Assembly: GCA_964016885.1 (NCBI GenBank) | Contig: OZ024744.1 | Coordinates: 115,878,001-115,942,000, forward strand | Length of the DNA stretch: 64,000 bases | Direction: 5' to 3' | From: Eledone cirrhosa | Lineage: Eukaryota | Shown: piece by piece, positions 58,412 to 64,000 of the stretch | Layout of the letters: every line of letters starts with the position of its first letter | Position numbering within the stretch: the stretch's first letter is position 1 | Program-made: the position numbers and the translations under genes | Notes under the pieces: model-generated | Told to the model about the DNA's origin: nothing | Seen by the model: the letters and a program-made list of their open reading frames with translations, nothing else | Databases searched by the model: none

Positions 58412-61400
58412 CATATCTTGTCTCTCTCTCTCGATATATAATGTCTATCATATCTTGTCTCTCTCTCTCTCTATATATATAATGTCCCTCATATCTTGTC
58501 TCTCTCTCTCTATATATATAATGTCTCTCATATCTTGTCTCTCTCTATATATAATGTCTCTCATATCTTGGCTCTCTCTATATATATATAATGTCTCTCA
58601 TATCTTGTCCCTCTCTCTCTATAAATAATGTTTCTCATATCTTGTCCCTCTCTCTCTATATATATATATAATGTCTCTCATATCTTGTCTCTCTCTCTAT
58701 ATATATAATGTCTCTCATATCTTGTGTCTCTCTCTCTATATATATATAATGTCTCTCATATCTTGTCTTTCTCTCTATATATATAAAGTCTCTCATATCT
58801 TATCTCTCTCACACTATATATATAAAATGCCTCTCATATCTTGTCTCTCTCTCTCTATATATATATAATGTCTCTCATATCTTGTCTCTCTGTCTATATA
58901 TATAATGTCTCTCATATCTTGTCTCTCTCTCTATATATATATATAATGTCTCTCATATCTTGTCTCTCTCTCTCTATATATACAATGTCTCTCATATCTT
59001 GTCTCTCTCTCTATATATATAATGTCTCTCATATCTTGTCTCTCTCTATATATATATAATGTCTCTCATATCTTGTCTCTCTCTCTCTATATATATAATG
59101 TCTCTCATATCTTGTCTCTCTCCGTCTCTCTATATAATGTCTCTCATATCTTGTCACTCTCTCTCTATATATATAATGTCTCTCATATCTTGTCTCTCTC
59201 TCTCTCTATATATATAATGTCTCTCATATCTTGTCTCTCTCTCTATATATACAATGTCTCTCATATCTTGTCTCTCTCTCTATATATATATAATGTCTCT
59301 CATATCTTGTCTCTCTCTCTCTATATATATAATGTCTCTCATATCTTGTCTCTCTCTCTATATATATAATGTCTCTCATATCTTATCTCTCTCTCTATAT
59401 ATATATAAAGTCTCTCATATCTTGTCTCTCTCTCTATATATAATGTCTCTCATATCTTGTCTCTCTCTCTCTCTATATATATATAATGTCTCTCATATCT
59501 TGTCTCTCTCTCTATATATATAATGTCTCTCATATCTTGTCTCTCTCTATATATATATAATGTCTCTCATATCTTGTCTCTCTCTATATATATAATGTCT
59601 CTCATATCTTGTCTCTCTCTCTATATATATATAATGTCTCTCATATCTCGTCTCTCTCTCTATATATATATATAATGTCTCTCATATCTTGTCTCTCTCT
59701 CTATATATATAATGTCTCTCATATCTTGTCTCTCTCTCTATATATATAATGTCTATCATATCTTGTCTCTCTCTCTCTATATATATAATGTCCCTCATAT
59801 CTTGTCTCTCTCTCTCTATATATATAATGTCCCTCATATCTTGTCTCTCTCTCTCTATATACAATGTCTCTCATATCTTGTCTCTCTCTCTATATATATA
59901 ATGTCTCTCACATCTTATCTCTCTCTCTATATATATATATAATGTCTCTCATATCTTGTCTCTGTCTCTCTATATATATATAATGTCTCTCATATCTTGT
60001 CTCTCTCTCTCTCTATATATATGTAATGTCTCTCATATCTTGTCTCTCTCTCTATATATATAATGTCTCTCATATCTTGTCTCTCTCTCTATATGTATAT
60101 AATGTCTCTCATATCTTGTCTCTCTCTCTCTATATATATAATGTCTCTCATATCTTGTCTCTCTCTCTATATATATATAATGTCTCTCATATCTTGTCTC
60201 TCTCTCTCTCTATATATAATGTCTCTCATATCTTGTCTCTCTCTCTATATATATAATGTCTCTCATATCTTGTCTCTCTCTCTCTCTATATATATAATGT
60301 CTCTCATATCTTGTCTCTCTCTCTATATGTATATAATGTCTCTCATATCTTGTCCCTCTCTCTCTATATATATAATGTCTCTCATATCTTGTCTCTCTCC
60401 CTCTCTCTCTATATAATGTCTCTCATATCTTGTCTCTCTCTCTATATATATATATAATGTCTCTCATATCTTGTCTCTCTCTCTATATATATAATGTCTC
60501 TCATATCTTGTCTCTCACTCTATATACATATAATGTCTCTCATATCTTGTCTCTCTCTCTATATATATAATGTCTCTCATATCTTGTCTCTCTCTCTCTC
60601 TCTATATATATAATGTCTCTCATATCTTGTCTCTCTCTCTCTATATATATAATGTCTCTCATATCTTGTCCCTCTCTCTCTATAAATAATGTTTCTCATA
60701 TCTTGTCTCTCTCTCTCTATATATATATAATGTCTCTCATATCTTGTCTCTCTCTCTATATATATAATGTCTCTCATATCTTGTCTCTCTCTTATATATA
60801 TATATAATGTCTCTCATATCTTGTCTTTCTCTCTATATATATAATGTCTCTCATATCTTATCTCTGTCTCTCTATATATATAAAATGCCTCTCATATCTT
60901 GTCTCTCTCTCTCTATATATATATAATGTCTCTCATATCTTGTCTCTCTGTATATATATATAATGTCTCTCATATCTTGTCTCTCTCTCTATATATATAT
61001 GTAATGTCTCTCATATCTTGTCTCTCGCTCTATATATACAATGTCTCTCATATCTTGTCTCTCTCTCTATATATATATAATGTCTCTCATATCTTGTCTC
61101 TCTCTATATATAATGTCTCTCATATCTTGTCGCTCTCTCTCTATATATATAATGTCTCTCATATCTTGTCTCTCTCTTTCTATATATAATGTCTCTCATA
61201 TCTTGTCTCTCTCTCTATATATATGTAATGTCTCTCATATCTTGTCTCTCTCTATATATATATAATGTCTCTCATATCTTGTCACTCACTCTCTCTATAT
61301 ATAATGTCCCTCATATCTTGTCTCTCTCTCTCTATATATATATAATGTCTCTCATATCTTGTCTCTCTCTCTATATATACAATGTCTCTCATATCTTGTC

Positions 61401-63150
61401 TCTCTCTCTATATATATATAATGTCTCTCATATCTTGTCTCTCTCTCTCTATATATATAATGTCTCTCATATCTTGTTGTCTCTCTCTATATATAATGTC
61501 TCTCATATCTTGTCTCTCTCTCTCTATATATATATATAATGTCTCTCATATCTTGTCTCTCTCTCTATATATATAATGTCTCTCATATCTTGTCTCTCTC
61601 TATATATATATAATGTCTCTCATATCTTGTCGCTCTCTATATATATAATGTCTCTCATATCTTGTCTCTCTCTCTATATATATATAATGTCTCTCATATC
61701 TCGTCTCTCTCTCTCTATATATATATAATGTCTCTCATATCTTGTCTCTCTCTCTCTCTATATATATAATGTCTCTCATAGCCTGTCTCTCTCTCTCTAT
61801 ATATATAATGTCTCTCATATCTTGTCTCTCTCTCTATATATATAATGTCTCTCATAACTTGTCTCTCTGTCTCTCTCTATATATAATGTCTCTCATAACT
61901 TGTCTCTCTCCTTATATATATAATGTCTCTCATATCTTGTCTCTCTCTCTATATATATAATGTCTCTCATATCTTGTCTCTCTCTCTCGATATATAATGT
62001 CTATCATATCTTGTCTCTCTCTCTCTCTATATATATAATGTCCCTCATATCTTGTCTCTCTCTCTCTATATATATAATGTCCCTCATATCTTGTCTCTCT
62101 CTCTCTATATATATAATGTCTATCATATCTTGTCTCTCTCTCTCTATATATATAAAATGCCTCTCATATCTTGTCTCTCTCTCTCTATATATATATAATG
62201 TCTCTCATATCTTGTCTCTCTGTCTATATATATAATGTCTCTCATATCTTGTCTCTCTCTCTATATATATATATAATGTCTCTCATATCTTGTCTCTCTC
62301 TCTCTATATATACAATGTCTCTCATATCTTGTCTCTCTCTCTATATATATAATGTCTCTCATATCTTGTCTCTCTCTATATATATATAATGTCTCTCATA
62401 TCTTGTCTCTCTCTCTCTATATATATAATGTCTCTCATATCTTGTCTCTCTCCGTCTCTCTATATAATGTCTCTCATATCTTGTCACTCTCTCTCTATAT
62501 ATATAATGTCTCTCATATCTTGTCTCTCTCTCTCTCTATATATATAATGTCTCTCATATCTTGTCTCTCTCTCTATATATACAATGTCTCTCATATCTTG
62601 TCTCTCTCTCTATATATATATAATGTCTCTCATATCTTGTCTCTCTCTCTCTATATATATAATGTCTCTCATATCTTGTCTCTCTCTCTATATATATAAT
62701 GTCTCTCATATCTTATCTCTCTCTCTATATATATATAAAGTCTCTCATATCTTGTCTCTCTCTCTATATATAATGTCTCTCATATCTTGTCTCTCTCTCT
62801 CTCTATATATATATAATGTCTCTCATATCTTGTCTCTCTCTCTATATATATAATGTCTCTCATATCTTGTCTCTCTCTATATATATATAATGTCTCTCAT
62901 ATCTTGTCTCTCTCTATATATATAATGTCTCTCATATCTTGTCTCTCTCTCTATATATATATAATGTCTCTCATATCTCGTCTCTCTCTCTATATATATA
63001 TATAATGTCTCTCATATCTTGTCTCTCTCTCTATATATATAATGTCTCTCATATCTTGTCTCTCTCTCTATATATATAATGTCTATCATATCTTGTCTCT
63101 CTCTCTCTATATATATAATGTCCCTCATATCTTGTCTCTCTCTCTATATA
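56200..63150 (+). repeat. Tandem duplication of ~3.3-3.6 kb with internal monomer deletions
   Basis: Offset steps from 3630 (56396/60026) to 3556 (58186/61742) to 3330 (58841/62171). Private variant TCTCGATATA at ~58431 and ~61987. Confidence 0.85.
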
Positions 63151-64000
63151 TATATAATGTCTCTCATATCTTGTCTCTCTCTCTATATATATAATGTCTC
63201 TCGTATCTTGGCTCTCTCTCTATATATATAATGTCTCTCATATCTTGTCTCTCTCTATATATATAATGTCTCTCATATCTTGTCTCTCTCTCTATATATA
63301 TAATGTCGCTCATATCTTGTCTCTCTCTCTCTATATATATAATGTCTCTCATATCTTGTCTCTCTGTCTCTCTCTATATATAATGTCTCTCATATCTTGT
63401 CTCTCTCTCTCTATATATATATAAAGTCTCTCATATCTTGTCTCTCTCTCTCTATATATATATAATGTCTCTCATATCTTGTCCCTCTCTCTCTATAAAT
63501 AATGTTTCTCGTATCTTGTCTCTCTCTCTATATATATATAATGTCTCTCATATCTTGTCTCTCTCTCTATATATATAATGTCTCTCATATCTTATCTCTC
63601 TCTCTCTATATATATAAAATGCCTCTCATATCTTGTCTCTCTCTCTCTATATATATATAATGTCTCTCATATCTTGTCTCTCTGTCTATATATATAATGT
63701 CTCTCATATCTTGTCTCTCTCTCTCTCTATATATATAATGTCTCTCATATCTTGTCTCTCTCTCTCTATATATATAATGTCTCTCATATCTTGTCTCACT
63801 CTCTATATATATATAATGTCTCTCATATCTTGTCTCTCTCTCTCTATATATATATAATGTCTCTCATATCTTGTCTCTCTCTCTCTATATATATATAATG
63901 TCTCTCATATCTTGTCTCTCTCTCTATATATATATTATGTCTCTCATATCTTGTCTCTCTCTATATATATAATGTCTCTCATATCTTGTCTCTCTCTCTC

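Larger units (their letters stand above)
25287..64000 (+). repeat. Satellite array segment 3 (continues beyond the window end)
   Basis: 38.7 kb of the same monomer with no non-satellite sequence seen. Confidence 0.98.

Noticed and set aside
827-64000. Hundreds of short ORFs (MSLISCLSLYIY..., MRDIIYIERE...)
   Set aside because: They are translations of the satellite: each monomer supplies an ATG, and frame depends only on microsatellite length. No coding signal.
827-64000. CRISPR-like regular ~37-bp periodicity
   Set aside because: The variable part is only (TC)n(TA)m with no unique spacers, there are no cas genes, and the context is eukaryotic.
827-64000. Stable H-DNA or cruciform structures from the (TC)n and (TA)n runs
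   Set aside because: Individual runs are only ~6-16 bp, so the sequence alone does not support stable non-B structures.

Overview
Eukaryotic (probably metazoan) heterochromatin-type sequence with no host genes. About 96% of the window is one head-to-tail satellite array, all in one orientation, with monomer ATGTCTCTCATATCTTG(TC)n(TA)m (mostly 37-39 bp, roughly 1,600 copies by length/38). Three near-identical copies of a ~0.92 kb 5'-truncated CR1-type non-LTR retrotransposon interrupt it on the minus strand (1-826, cut by the window edge; ~19206-20125; ~24367-25286). All three share the same truncation point and flanking satellite variants, so they derive from one insertion that was later amplified with the satellite. 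The empty pre-insertion site is still present several times. The element's 3' UTR carries a 130-bp-period duplication whose two units fold into the same hairpin with compensatory and G-U-tolerated changes on the sense strand. Variant monomers reveal nested duplications of about 0.3, 2.7, 2.9, 3.3, 3.6, 4.2, 5.2, 9.8 and 24 kb. Nearly all ORFs in the supplied track are artefacts of the satellite. All comparisons were made by eye, so boundaries are approximate.
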